A stretch of 64,000 nucleotides of DNA from a virus. Location of the stretch: positions 32,001 to 96,000 of IMG/VR virus record IMGVR_UViG_3300024324_000009; one strand, written 5' to 3'. A program made the translations under genes and the position numbers. The number at the start of each line of letters is the position of its first letter. Within the stretch, counting starts at the first letter, position 1. Positions 38,901-46,817 of this stretch are shown in pieces. The notes under the pieces are model-generated. The model was not told the origin of the DNA and ran no database searches. It saw only the letters and a program-made list of their open reading frames with translations.

Positions 38901-41900
38901 CTTTTAATGGGGACACTCTTTTAACTGCTGATCAAATCTTAAATTATGTAGACCCACAAATTGATGTAGACGAAATGCACAAGCAGATTTTATGGAGTTA
39001 CGACAGAGGAAGCAACAGCGATGTTAGTAGAGTGCAAACACAACACACATTTGGTGTTAATTCTAGATTAAGAGTGGGAGATAGAGCATCAGTTACATGG
39101 GGAGGAGTAAAAGTTGAAGCCGATATTACAGAAAACTCTACTAATACTTGGGAGGGAAGAGTTCTTAATTTAACTATAGAGTCATCACAAGGAACACAAA
39201 ATTATAGCGTTCCTATTTTTATGAGTAATGTAGTTTTTTCTGACATGATCAATGTTCTTGCAGGAGGAGAAGCCCCAACAGTTGATGATAATTCTACTAT
39301 TACATTAGTAGAACAAGGAGCCATAGTTCAACCAGAAAGAAAAACTAGAGTTGTTGATTGCTACAATGGTCAATGTTGCTTTGATCTTGAAGATAATCTT
39401 GGTATTGGAGGCGGCGACTATCAAAAGATTTTATTAACGGAATGCAAAAATATGGGGACTTGGAAATATTTTCTTTTACAAGTTCCGCGTCTACAAAGAT
39501 ACAACTGGAATGACACTTTTAATGTTTGTGAGCCAGATAACTTTATATACGGTCCTGATACATCTGCTTGTAAACCTTACAAATATGGATATTGTAATTT
39601 AACTCCAGAAGAATGTCCTCCTTGTACTGGCGAGCACCCTCCAGAAGAACTTGTTCTTGTAGAGAGTTTGGACAAAGACTATTACGTTACAGAAAACAAA
39701 TGGATTAATAATTATTTAGACACTGATGTAGAGAGATTTACTTATGATTACAAAAGTTGTAGAAACACTATAAGAAGCAATGGACATCTTTACAGACATA
39801 ACTACGAATATGCTGAACAGAAATTTTTTAGATTTGATCTTGCAGCTGAATTTAATGCTGCTGAATATAGATTAGCTATCGCCAATATAGATTGTTTTAA
39901 TTGCGGAGGTGGAGGTTGTCATTGTAGTGATCCGGGTACTGCAAATCGCCCCGGCACCTGCGTTGGGGTATGCGACTATCAACTAGAGGTTACGAGCAAC
40001 GATGAAGGACCGTGTAATACAAAATGCAAATATTCAGAACCTCGTGTTTCACTTGGCAGTGAGTGTTTTTGTAATGGTGCACCTGCATGTCCAAACGGCT
40101 CTGATCCTGATGGTTGCTACCCTTATGGATCAAGTGCTTGCCCTATAAGGTTCTCTCATCCTACTACTTTGACTCCAAACGAAGCCTGTGATAAGGCTTT
40201 CGCATTAGTACAATACGATACTTCATACTGGGGTTATTATGGATACGATTCTGCTGGTCAGCCGAGAGGTTGTGGAAGAGCTTGCTATCCTAGAGGAGAT
40301 TGCGATACTACTTATTTTTGTTTTATACAAGATTGTGAAAAATGCCCACAGTCTAATATGGGAGCAGCAGAATGTTACGACTCGCCACCCGGCCCTCCCG
40401 TTTGGAACTCCGAAGGTTATACATGGGGACGAACAGTTGTAGCCCCTTATGTCTCTTCTTGTGGAATAAGAGGTCAGGGTTTTACTGCTACTCCTTCCAA
40501 CGGCACCACTTGCTCCAGCGACAACTGTCCAGATTATTCTCAAACAGACGTATTTGAAACTAAAACAGTTTGGGAGTACAGTGAACCAGAAGTCGCTTAC
40601 GACACATACTTAAAAGACACTAAATATGGTGGCGGCAATAATAGAATTTGTAATTCAGGATCACAACCCGACTGTGTAACAACCCTGTTTTCTGTGACAC
40701 TAGACAACGATCAAGTACGAGTAAATTTTCCAAGTGGTGATATAGCATGGGCTAGTCAAGGAGGAATTGGTAGTAATGCGTGTGTAGGGCCAAGTCTTGA
40801 AACCACTAATGTGTCGTTGTGTACAGACACTAATTACCGTATAAGTGAAAGTAATTCAAACTTAGAAGTGAATATCTCTGACAATCTTGGCTATATATCT
40901 AACTATAGTAAAACCGATACTGTTGGATGCACAAATAATGTTAAAATAAATATGCCTCCACAAAGTCAAGAATGGGCCGTTAGAGACATAGACGGTCAGT
41001 GTATGGTTGGACACTGGATGGGTCAACATATTAATGAAAGTTTGGTTATCTCGCAAGGACAGAATGCATATGTTGTTTGTCAATCCAATCAGATCGCTGG
41101 ATCAGCTTGTGTTGGAAGATTGGAAATAGCAAATGCGGGTAGTACTTTTAATAGTCCTCCGGGTGGTGAGTGTCCCGAAGAAAAGGCTGAAGCAAGAGTA
41201 TATGGTGTTTGTGAAGGAACTCTAAGCGGTCCAGACTGTAACTCACCAGATGAATGTTCTTGGGGGGAAAGTAGTTGGTTTGAAGAACTAGAAGTATTAC
41301 ACAATGAATATAGAAAGAGATACAATAATGCTAATAGGAGCATACCAACGGAAAATATTATAGAAGGCTTGATTCCGGGCAGTGTCGGACCTTTACTGAC
41401 AAAGACATATCAAATCCCAGAAGGCACAGTAACTAGAGCAAATAAGGGGCCTTATGGAGTAACAACAGAAGATATGTATGCGTATGTTACTGTTGCATAC
41501 TATGACTATAAGTATAGAGCACCGCACAACCTAGATGATACGATCACCGAAACAAGACAGGCACAGGTCGCAGAACAAAACGGAACGGACTCTGTAACTG
41601 CTAGTTGCTACAAAGGTAGGCCTTTTACCAACGATCCAGCATTACAGACGTTGGACCCATTGAGAGGTTATTTTTATCATTGTAATGAGAGCAATACAGG
41701 AGACTGTGGAGAAGGAATTGGCTTTCCTTGGTATATTAGAGGAAGTTGGACATTTATGCCAAGTAGGTTAGCTTACAGATGTATAAACAGGGGTGTTGCG
41801 TATCCTAATTGGTATACTCCAGCAGTTTCACCCCATGGTTGTCGCCCTCAATTCGATGAAAGGTACGGTAGATATGACACTCCACCAACCAATTTTATGA

Positions 41901-42085
41901 GTACCACTCCAACTGTAGAAAGAAAGGCTTGCCAAGGAACATATAGTTGTTATTATAATGATAAACAATGGCCTGCTGGAGAAAATGACTATTATGGCCT
42001 CGCTGGACAAGGAACATTTCTACAATGCCATAAATTTTTAGGCAAGTTTTGGGTATATGACTATTTTAATGAATCACCAATATAG
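32993..42085 (+). CDS. Giant (3030 aa) protein with Cys-rich C-terminal third, probably virion-associated
   Basis: Continuous ORF at the end of the structural arm, with dense Cys from about 39350 onward. Confidence 0.55.
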   Translation: MNNKCCRIVNENSDRPIGDDPLYLYRFGEWLWNRTYNNLDNGHTPPRGHAGWMPIIIRGYEENVAIRPLAPPKNTGLVTFDPLNCTNDQFITDPTRVADPKSASIDCQYCEDFGNAVGSPRGISQLGDAKNNKVNTGNYTCCNGNCDVRTNQIDVDHNIPYVLPQYVDQWGDDKYELKWPDVYKGLSIEWAAYQGRKCAWELLPTMGEIPYDASTSQYNNKRDHELAIEKANIANRMAGNFIVFKIGPKAQSYDDSDEAIEWYKDQIRPCLGEFGYISNRFKDTIDVDLPTPEEFTAPYGFNDGTQDNVFIGRKKRTSWWKWDIEEAPVAWCLRQDKDTVLGTVNYVTEEVFSEELGRTEERITPQWDHQYWIPPGDIWVAKIEPDEPRNTMRDGKTEQDGQQRCPSGVKFMESGNMYVLPHDSYAVYISCNMYERFYDAYQSIKEIPTIRPEERIWQAMYAATHPLIDKVTVDLHKPYTINTEIKEYFSPVDDTATPVSSERTQLGNFANPYYQFMNWFDKKYMTSSNLNLIDSDTDLWNTLVSKYGSFYDSYPSQFIKDITFDNQTLPANTHLGVDLVYDFLVESESELIQGRRNQPDVPNYQNMTNAGINSTFQVGGYTGASIEINSHFIERNKLIPANLEEDGVCHKLSNPALFSDWRAFNDSVYRSEYLQSGWLSYETYYIRNGNGTNNPETYCRECDEYSSYANYATSKCTEVQNCFCDEERAVDAGPCSGQAKNIEDWTIRDTRYYPVINDPKATPISVAFHANGGIFYRGASDSGIVRFGDQNSNIGERKFRITLEMESFGTDAGRTSPLGLRVYACDLYALQSSSPETYLCQRFPIVGQLQTPTINTDNEWPIQTSPAQGGRWETQPAYLPGLSTKYAPSLKKYGGFNKKEIEEMFPYGYEQMEDYEKEDKVVKETVYNYDSNKPFGCGSSDSMTFKNYVETNYDLEIQTARGLMDHTISISEGGTFTGSRTKEDPFEPLDVVVNEDYKRFKTYVQYGRSSLKDENGYLLSADSDGVAWDGGGNWTLDWIPENSKGNTYNLSVRLANPYLSKLLDTVGHEGNRKYYPPASNPRAWYDNLDYLGGTYGYCDNPDQWYDYGDQTSRVTVVVRATPKPVTAKFAMFPPSPVECFDRVQFTKDGQVKPTDDKGVIPTSYKNQLRRSAGRSLLPKLTFNNIVDWDSGPLPYDLSESFLINEKQSKSLSSLFRKVKNFTENRKFKIVLATRDGKFFQLDGLPTRYESQKKTYEGFGHFVQVVRDGSDYNTYLPGAIPLVQKKTLEDVTWVTKPNTRFTAKINNTLENFDPNWPLNLRLTTGYRIDPVNNTLTFAGTRMFFALFPKVEIITLPSPSDDMENNPPVGSIVNFLRGPVGTYYKYADADEAPFSSKYVVFNPNDYTWQRYSDLHYDFNNTSYIGYVYNSILKINPITFYFYRDPLGDRTKQAEAICTEMRLKSYLVDARGKRVFPGTLNDPCIDLCTDGGITFIRTETELKFKNNLNVDWYEIDDLKTEILSSHIYKPECVNNEKDSFLSNRKYRSKWSDLKGFDGIILDHSEEEQYASKYYPPTRYDNVFYKMLVDNDNQSEIPTSRGEERHHSIVPYGNKGSAPFRFNIHQKYNVDYGNDLVNSAEISGVHNYFPFMDINDKDWGLGYTPVDKFFVPEVIEQDFDGLVEPNLTEVKQGALGEYQRTRPDKQIILTIPADATFTQTIEFATKADTYVISDTLRADTPLFYLGEIEQEDTENCPGDLDILKPDPYQGRNYGKNFGGTLDIGRPYDIRKGTMPLENWKPKSAFARWTRYCDIDEETCETQKCITSGRGSTELYGVYKMSNPTKLTYRELAGQDFLAFISYNAGIVNGMNGVRPPKILRSIHSKQENPAIKNDILYSKDNTDLCNDRVVLPPEYQYPDWDTQVNSTFLQGVKDLEKLSLTYEPAEQLIKSDLLAEEMVFRALYGEKEFVNRTSFNGDTLLTADQILNYVDPQIDVDEMHKQILWSYDRGSNSDVSRVQTQHTFGVNSRLRVGDRASVTWGGVKVEADITENSTNTWEGRVLNLTIESSQGTQNYSVPIFMSNVVFSDMINVLAGGEAPTVDDNSTITLVEQGAIVQPERKTRVVDCYNGQCCFDLEDNLGIGGGDYQKILLTECKNMGTWKYFLLQVPRLQRYNWNDTFNVCEPDNFIYGPDTSACKPYKYGYCNLTPEECPPCTGEHPPEELVLVESLDKDYYVTENKWINNYLDTDVERFTYDYKSCRNTIRSNGHLYRHNYEYAEQKFFRFDLAAEFNAAEYRLAIANIDCFNCGGGGCHCSDPGTANRPGTCVGVCDYQLEVTSNDEGPCNTKCKYSEPRVSLGSECFCNGAPACPNGSDPDGCYPYGSSACPIRFSHPTTLTPNEACDKAFALVQYDTSYWGYYGYDSAGQPRGCGRACYPRGDCDTTYFCFIQDCEKCPQSNMGAAECYDSPPGPPVWNSEGYTWGRTVVAPYVSSCGIRGQGFTATPSNGTTCSSDNCPDYSQTDVFETKTVWEYSEPEVAYDTYLKDTKYGGGNNRICNSGSQPDCVTTLFSVTLDNDQVRVNFPSGDIAWASQGGIGSNACVGPSLETTNVSLCTDTNYRISESNSNLEVNISDNLGYISNYSKTDTVGCTNNVKINMPPQSQEWAVRDIDGQCMVGHWMGQHINESLVISQGQNAYVVCQSNQIAGSACVGRLEIANAGSTFNSPPGGECPEEKAEARVYGVCEGTLSGPDCNSPDECSWGESSWFEELEVLHNEYRKRYNNANRSIPTENIIEGLIPGSVGPLLTKTYQIPEGTVTRANKGPYGVTTEDMYAYVTVAYYDYKYRAPHNLDDTITETRQAQVAEQNGTDSVTASCYKGRPFTNDPALQTLDPLRGYFYHCNESNTGDCGEGIGFPWYIRGSWTFMPSRLAYRCINRGVAYPNWYTPAVSPHGCRPQFDERYGRYDTPPTNFMSTTPTVERKACQGTYSCYYNDKQWPAGENDYYGLAGQGTFLQCHKFLGKFWVYDYFNESPI

Positions 42086-42100
42086 GACGAAGGAGAGAAC

Positions 42101-42781
42101 ATGCACTGTAAACTAATACCAATAAAAGGGAAATTTTTTAGAGGTAAGCCCGTATACAGTTGCTCATCTTGTGGTTTAACTTTAGGTTTAGAAGACCCGA
42201 ACACTAAAGTCTTATGCAAGGTAGAAGCAGCAAAATCAGACGTTACTGAACTTTTAACAAAAAGAATGTATCATCGTGAAGATAAAGTTGATGCTAATAA
42301 TTTACTGGGAGACAAACCTGTTGAACTTCATAAAGGTATGAGCCTTCGTGACAAAGTAGCTGCTATTTATAAAGACAGACTTATAAATAATGCAAAGCAG
42401 GATGGCAGAATAGCAGATAATAAAGACAATACGGTTGCATATGAAGTTCTTAATCAACAAGCACAGGACTATGCTGAAAATTACATAGCAGAAAAATCAC
42501 AACCGTTTAAAGAGGAACTTAGCGAAGAAGATAAAAAGAAACTAATGTGTACCCAAGAAGAAATAAATCAACGCTTAAGCATTTGTGAAACTTGTGAATA
42601 CTACGAAAATAATACATGTTTACAGTGCGGTTGTGCCATTAGTAGAGCATCAATACATTCTAATAAGTTAGCATTTAGAAATAAAAGCTGTCCTGTAAAT
42701 AAATGGGGGCCAATTCAAATACCAGTAAACGGAGATGAAAGTACTTCAGACGGCTCTGGCTCTGGCTCTGGTTCTGGTTGA
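42101..42781 (+). CDS. Cys-rich protein with DUF6171-like C-terminal domain
   Basis: AAGGAG RBS. RLSICETCEYY...CLQCGC...CPVNKW pattern plus an N-terminal CSSC. Confidence 0.6.
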   Translation: MHCKLIPIKGKFFRGKPVYSCSSCGLTLGLEDPNTKVLCKVEAAKSDVTELLTKRMYHREDKVDANNLLGDKPVELHKGMSLRDKVAAIYKDRLINNAKQDGRIADNKDNTVAYEVLNQQAQDYAENYIAEKSQPFKEELSEEDKKKLMCTQEEINQRLSICETCEYYENNTCLQCGCAISRASIHSNKLAFRNKSCPVNKWGPIQIPVNGDESTSDGSGSGSGSG

Positions 42782-43740
42782 GGTTCTAGTAAACTGGACT
42801 TATCGTGTTTGATCCAGAACGTATGCACTCTTTTAGAAGAGTAGTTATTTTTAATAAAATTCACAGAGCCATGAAAAACTTTAGGCTTTTGTCCTTCTTC
42901 TTGAAACAACAATGTATACTTAACATTAGGTATTCTTGTATGGTTTCTATAAAAGTGAACGTATACCCCATATCGTCCCGGTACAAAGTTTTCTAGATAT
43001 ATGTTTTCTACAGCATCATTGGTGTGTGGTTGTACATTCATATCAATATCAAGATGCCCAAATTCTGTTTTCTTATTTTGAAAACAACACATACCCAAAA
43101 ACCATTTACCCTTAACAGGAAGACTTGTGGCTTTAACTAAATGTAAGTCTAGATCGTCTGTTGTGTTCCAGAATAGAGATACCGTAATTTTGCCTCTTTT
43201 TGCACCTAGTCCATTTAGCTTTTGTAACATGCCTCCCACTTCACCATCTCCACCACTTCCACCTTCCATTTGGGTTCCAGCAAGAGGGTTGCCCATATTT
43301 TCTGAATCACTGTTTGATCCCATCCTATCTGTCGCAATACTGCTCAATAAGTCTACAGGATTTACTTCTGTGACGCTCATACTGCCTTTCTGAGGCTCTG
43401 GATTAAAAATAGGGTCTGATATAGGGCTAATATCCGCAGGTTTAAAATCTGGCTCTAGTTTGGTCTTAGCTAGGACTTCTGCGTCTTGCTTTGCTTTCAT
43501 TTCAGCCATCCAATCAAGTATTTCTTGATTTGCATGTGGCTCGTCATCCATCACTATGAGATCATCTTCCCTTTGACCACCCATTTCGATTATGATAGGC
43601 TTCAGTAATTCAGGAGTATCTAGTCCATACAGCAACATGAACAATATCATAAAGGCGTGTATAACCAGACTAAACATCATGCTGGGAGCAGGTTTACGAG
43701 AAACATACACTTGTAGTTCTTTTTTATCTTGAGCATCCAT
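42715..43740 (-). CDS. Membrane-anchored protein with YfaP/DUF2135-like domain
   Basis: N-terminal TM (SMMFSLVIHAFMILFMLLY), acidic/Pro linker, then ITVSLFWNTTDDLDLHL...GHLDIDMN...VENIY...GRYGVYVHFY. Confidence 0.7.
   Translation of the reverse strand: MDAQDKKELQVYVSRKPAPSMMFSLVIHAFMILFMLLYGLDTPELLKPIIIEMGGQREDDLIVMDDEPHANQEILDWMAEMKAKQDAEVLAKTKLEPDFKPADISPISDPIFNPEPQKGSMSVTEVNPVDLLSSIATDRMGSNSDSENMGNPLAGTQMEGGSGGDGEVGGMLQKLNGLGAKRGKITVSLFWNTTDDLDLHLVKATSLPVKGKWFLGMCCFQNKKTEFGHLDIDMNVQPHTNDAVENIYLENFVPGRYGVYVHFYRNHTRIPNVKYTLLFQEEGQKPKVFHGSVNFIKNNYSSKRVHTFWIKHDKSSLLEPQPEPEPEPEPSEVLSSPFTGI
42752..42787. repeat. Hexamer tandem repeat (GGYTCT)n in a convergent gene overlap
   Basis: GGCTCT x3, GGTTCT, GGTTGA, GGTTCT. 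Encodes (GS)n on + and (PE)n on -. Confidence 0.85.
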
Positions 43741-43775
43741 AGTAATATTCCAAAAGTTAAAGTTCCAATACCCAA

Positions 43776-43803
43776 ATTATAGCACACTATTTATGGCTGT
43801 CAA
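43776..43803 (-). promoter_or_regulatory. Sigma70-like promoter
   Basis: Minus strand TTGACA-N16-TATAAT with TG extended -10, upstream of the ATG at 43740. Confidence 0.75.
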
Positions 43804-44560
43804 GTAGTTCATCTTCGTTTATTTTTATACAGACGTTTACATCTTGACAATTATTAATTGATCTCCATGCTTCTGCTTCTTGTGATTCAAGATTAAAATA
43901 GGGTGATTGATCTATGAACTTTTTATTCCATTCTAAAGATGTGTGACAACAGCCGTACATCTCTGTTTCTGCATCTATCGAAAGATATTGTTGAAAAGCA
44001 TAGCCGTATTTTCTGTAAGAATTAACAAATCTACCCTTGGCCTCTACAGGAACTCCGTAGTTCGGTTTGTCTTTCATTTTCTCAATATGTAAGGTCGCTT
44101 TTTCAGCACTTGTGGTAAACACTAAGTGTCCATTAGACTTTAAGCAATCAGACAACAATTCAAAAGTATATTCCCATCTATGCTGGGGAAGGTGAGTGAA
44201 CACAGAACCGCACCAAATTAAATCAAAATGATCTCTGGGCAGTTCTTCCTCAGTGTTACATACATCCTGACCTAGTACATCACGGCAGAAAGTTACACAT
44301 TCTTCGATTCTGTCATAAACAGTCACGGTGGCATTTGGAAACTCTTCCGCAAAAACTCTGGAACACCTACCGTAAGCACCACCAAAGTCAAGTATATGTT
44401 TTGCATCACGATTTACTCTTTTGCAAATACGCATGGCACTTTCTGCCCATGCCCAATACTTCTCTGCTAGTACTTCATCGGTAAGGTTCACGTTTGTATA
44501 ATACATACTATCTCTAGGGTGTATAATACGATTTATCACTTTTTCTTCTTCCCTTCCCAC
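43787..44560 (-). CDS. Class I SAM-dependent methyltransferase
   Basis: ILDFGGAYGR (motif I) and FDLIWCGSVFTHL...LKSNGHLVFT. Confidence 0.85.
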   Translation of the reverse strand: MGREEEKVINRIIHPRDSMYYTNVNLTDEVLAEKYWAWAESAMRICKRVNRDAKHILDFGGAYGRCSRVFAEEFPNATVTVYDRIEECVTFCRDVLGQDVCNTEEELPRDHFDLIWCGSVFTHLPQHRWEYTFELLSDCLKSNGHLVFTTSAEKATLHIEKMKDKPNYGVPVEAKGRFVNSYRKYGYAFQQYLSIDAETEMYGCCHTSLEWNKKFIDQSPYFNLESQEAEAWRSINNCQDVNVCIKINEDELLDSHK

Positions 44561-44874
44561 TTATACCAGCCATTATTTTCTAGCCAGTTACCAGCCTCGT
44601 CCTTACGCTTAGGAAAGAGAGTGTCACCCTTCTTATGTTGACCATAAGATAGAACAGCACCGCAGTCCATGCATCTCAGTTCATAATATTCATTGCCTTC
44701 TACATTTCTTACAACAAACTTAATATTATGCGAGCCACAAATACCGCACTGTGCTTCGCTAAAAACTTCTTGGACAACAGAAAGATTTTTAAATAATTCT
44801 TTTTGTCCCGCCCCTTCAATATGAAATTCTAATTTTTCACTGGGCCTAAAAATTGCTTTGCTATTCATTTCCAT
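44536..44874 (-). CDS. Hypothetical zinc-ribbon protein
   Basis: CGIC...CMDC; coupled to the annealase-like gene. Confidence 0.6.
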   Translation of the reverse strand: MEMNSKAIFRPSEKLEFHIEGAGQKELFKNLSVVQEVFSEAQCGICGSHNIKFVVRNVEGNEYYELRCMDCGAVLSYGQHKKGDTLFPKRKDEAGNWLENNGWYKWEGKKKK

Positions 44875-45572
44875 GATTCCTCGTAGCCTAATAAACCTGC
44901 ACCAATATTGGAAGTGTTGGTTTGTAAGGAAGTGAGTTCCTTAACAAGTTTAACAGCATCCTCATGCTTAATATTATAAACACCTTCGGCTACAATGTCA
45001 AGCTGTCTAATAACATTATGTACATTTATATCACATCTTTTAGCTATTACGTCGATAAAGTTAATCTGATTTGACGTAATCTTAGAAACACTGTCGAAAT
45101 CTGGGTTGTCTTCAGCATCTTCTACCAGTTCTTCAGCAGCAACTACTTTTCGTAGCTTTAATGCTCGACGCAAGGCACGGCCTTCTGCTCTAGTTTCTGC
45201 TACAGCCACAGGGTGATTTCTATAGATTTTGTCGCAATTTCCCCAGTAAACATCAGCAGAACCAGTGAAGGATCGTGTTCGTAGACTGTCTTCCATGTCT
45301 TTATCGTTCATAATATATGACAACGTATGGACCACAGTGGCACGTTTCTCGTTGTCTGGAGTCGGAGACTGAAGAACATCAGATAAAGCCTGAACCATTG
45401 TACAATCTAGTGCGATTTCAAATATCCTACGTAGACCATCTGTAGTAGGATTTCCCTCAACCAGTTCATCCTTGTTTAACAATCCTAGTACATGATCAGT
45501 CCACCCGACATCATTAGGTGTTACATTTGTACTTACTTCTTCAACTTTTTCTTCAACTTTTTTTCTTGGCAT
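44865..45572 (-). CDS. Rad52/Sak-like single-strand annealing protein (putative)
   Basis: FTGSADV...VAVAETRAEGRALRRAL helix motif and a C-terminal ITSNQINFI module, typical of Rad52/Sak-type SSAPs. Confidence 0.55.
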   Translation of the reverse strand: MPRKKVEEKVEEVSTNVTPNDVGWTDHVLGLLNKDELVEGNPTTDGLRRIFEIALDCTMVQALSDVLQSPTPDNEKRATVVHTLSYIMNDKDMEDSLRTRSFTGSADVYWGNCDKIYRNHPVAVAETRAEGRALRRALKLRKVVAAEELVEDAEDNPDFDSVSKITSNQINFIDVIAKRCDINVHNVIRQLDIVAEGVYNIKHEDAVKLVKELTSLQTNTSNIGAGLLGYEESWK

Positions 45573-45574
45573 AA

Positions 45575-46366
45575 TTAGTCCTCTATAGTAATAATCTTAG
45601 TTTTAGTTTTCCCAATATCCTTCAACACACCCACTAATGTTTCTAGTACACGTTGTGACCTAGCATTAGAGTACTCATGTAATTGTGCAATACGAATCAA
45701 CTTATATCCTCTTCCTACTATCAAACCAGACTTTTTCTGGTCATACCTCTTGGCCTTAGCTAAAGCATCCTCTCCCCATACTGGCAAGAAATGTGATAGT
45801 CCATCTACTTCTATCGCTACATTTATAGTAGGCAGGAACAGGTCAAGATGCAAGCGGGTATTTCCTAATAATTGCTCTTTGTGTGGCTCTACTTTAAAAC
45901 CCTCCTTAATAAGACCACTTAGAAGATACCTTTCCATTTTCGATCCTGTTTTGCTGGTTACTCTCACTGCATCTCTAGCAAGCCTGAGACGCTGCTCTTT
46001 TTCCTGTTCTGGTAAAGCGGCCCATAGTTTCTTCGCAGTGTCGCTTCTGCGTTTCAATTCTGCATCAGAAAGCCCTTCCCAAGTTTCCATGAGTGATTTG
46101 CCTATTTTATTTTTAGACTCGTCAGAGTGCTGCTTGCCTTCTGTGGGATGAGTAGCCTTACCAGTTTTAAGAGCATTAGATTGTGCAGAACTTTTATCTC
46201 TCAATTTTATCTCAAACTTAATAGCATCCCTTCTTATTTTATTGGCATAAGTACCCAGTTCGCTTGCTGTATCCGCAAGACTTTTATTTTCTTTTTGATA
46301 CAGACGCAGAATCTCTTTCTTCTTTTCTTTGTCTGTAAGTTTACTATACTTGTGTTTCAATGACAT
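45575..46366 (-). CDS. Free-standing endonuclease (NUMOD3-like + Vsr/DUF559-like), homing-endonuclease-like
   Basis: HTH-like N-terminus, GKQHSDESKNKI (NUMOD3-like), SKME...LDLFLP...AIEVDGLSHF...YDQKK. Confidence 0.75.
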   Translation of the reverse strand: MSLKHKYSKLTDKEKKKEILRLYQKENKSLADTASELGTYANKIRRDAIKFEIKLRDKSSAQSNALKTGKATHPTEGKQHSDESKNKIGKSLMETWEGLSDAELKRRSDTAKKLWAALPEQEKEQRLRLARDAVRVTSKTGSKMERYLLSGLIKEGFKVEPHKEQLLGNTRLHLDLFLPTINVAIEVDGLSHFLPVWGEDALAKAKRYDQKKSGLIVGRGYKLIRIAQLHEYSNARSQRVLETLVGVLKDIGKTKTKIITIED

Positions 46367-46817
46367 TGTTTATTTCCTTTGCTGTGACTGTTGGCATAAC
46401 CGATATTGGCTTCTTCCAACAAATATCTAAAATTTCTGAAGTTGTTTCATCTTTGGCTATAAACTCCACATCTTTAGTGTCGAATAAGCCCTTCCATTGT
46501 CTATAGTGGTCTTGCTGGTTTTCCTTACCCCAAGGTATCGTATCTATATATATTATTTGTTTACTAGGCGTTTTAAAAGTCTGTGTCAAAAGCCTACTTT
46601 TAACATCAAACATAAACAACGTGCCTTTAAAAAATTTAGCATGACTAATATGTAGCATATAATATTTATTGTTAGTAATAATAGCATTTGGAACATTACT
46701 AAAAACCACTATGTTATCCATAGGTCTCAATGTGCATAGTTCATTAATTGCCTCCAGATAACCTGTAGCCTGATGGTTGTTTTGTTCTATGTCTAGTATA
46801 TAAAATCCTATGTTCAT
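46344..46817 (-). CDS. Hypothetical protein (glycosyltransferase-like N-terminal fold possible)
   Basis: MNIGFYI start; part of a coupled operon with GT genes. Confidence 0.4.
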   Translation of the reverse strand: MNIGFYILDIEQNNHQATGYLEAINELCTLRPMDNIVVFSNVPNAIITNNKYYMLHISHAKFFKGTLFMFDVKSRLLTQTFKTPSKQIIYIDTIPWGKENQQDHYRQWKGLFDTKDVEFIAKDETTSEILDICWKKPISVMPTVTAKEINNVIETQV

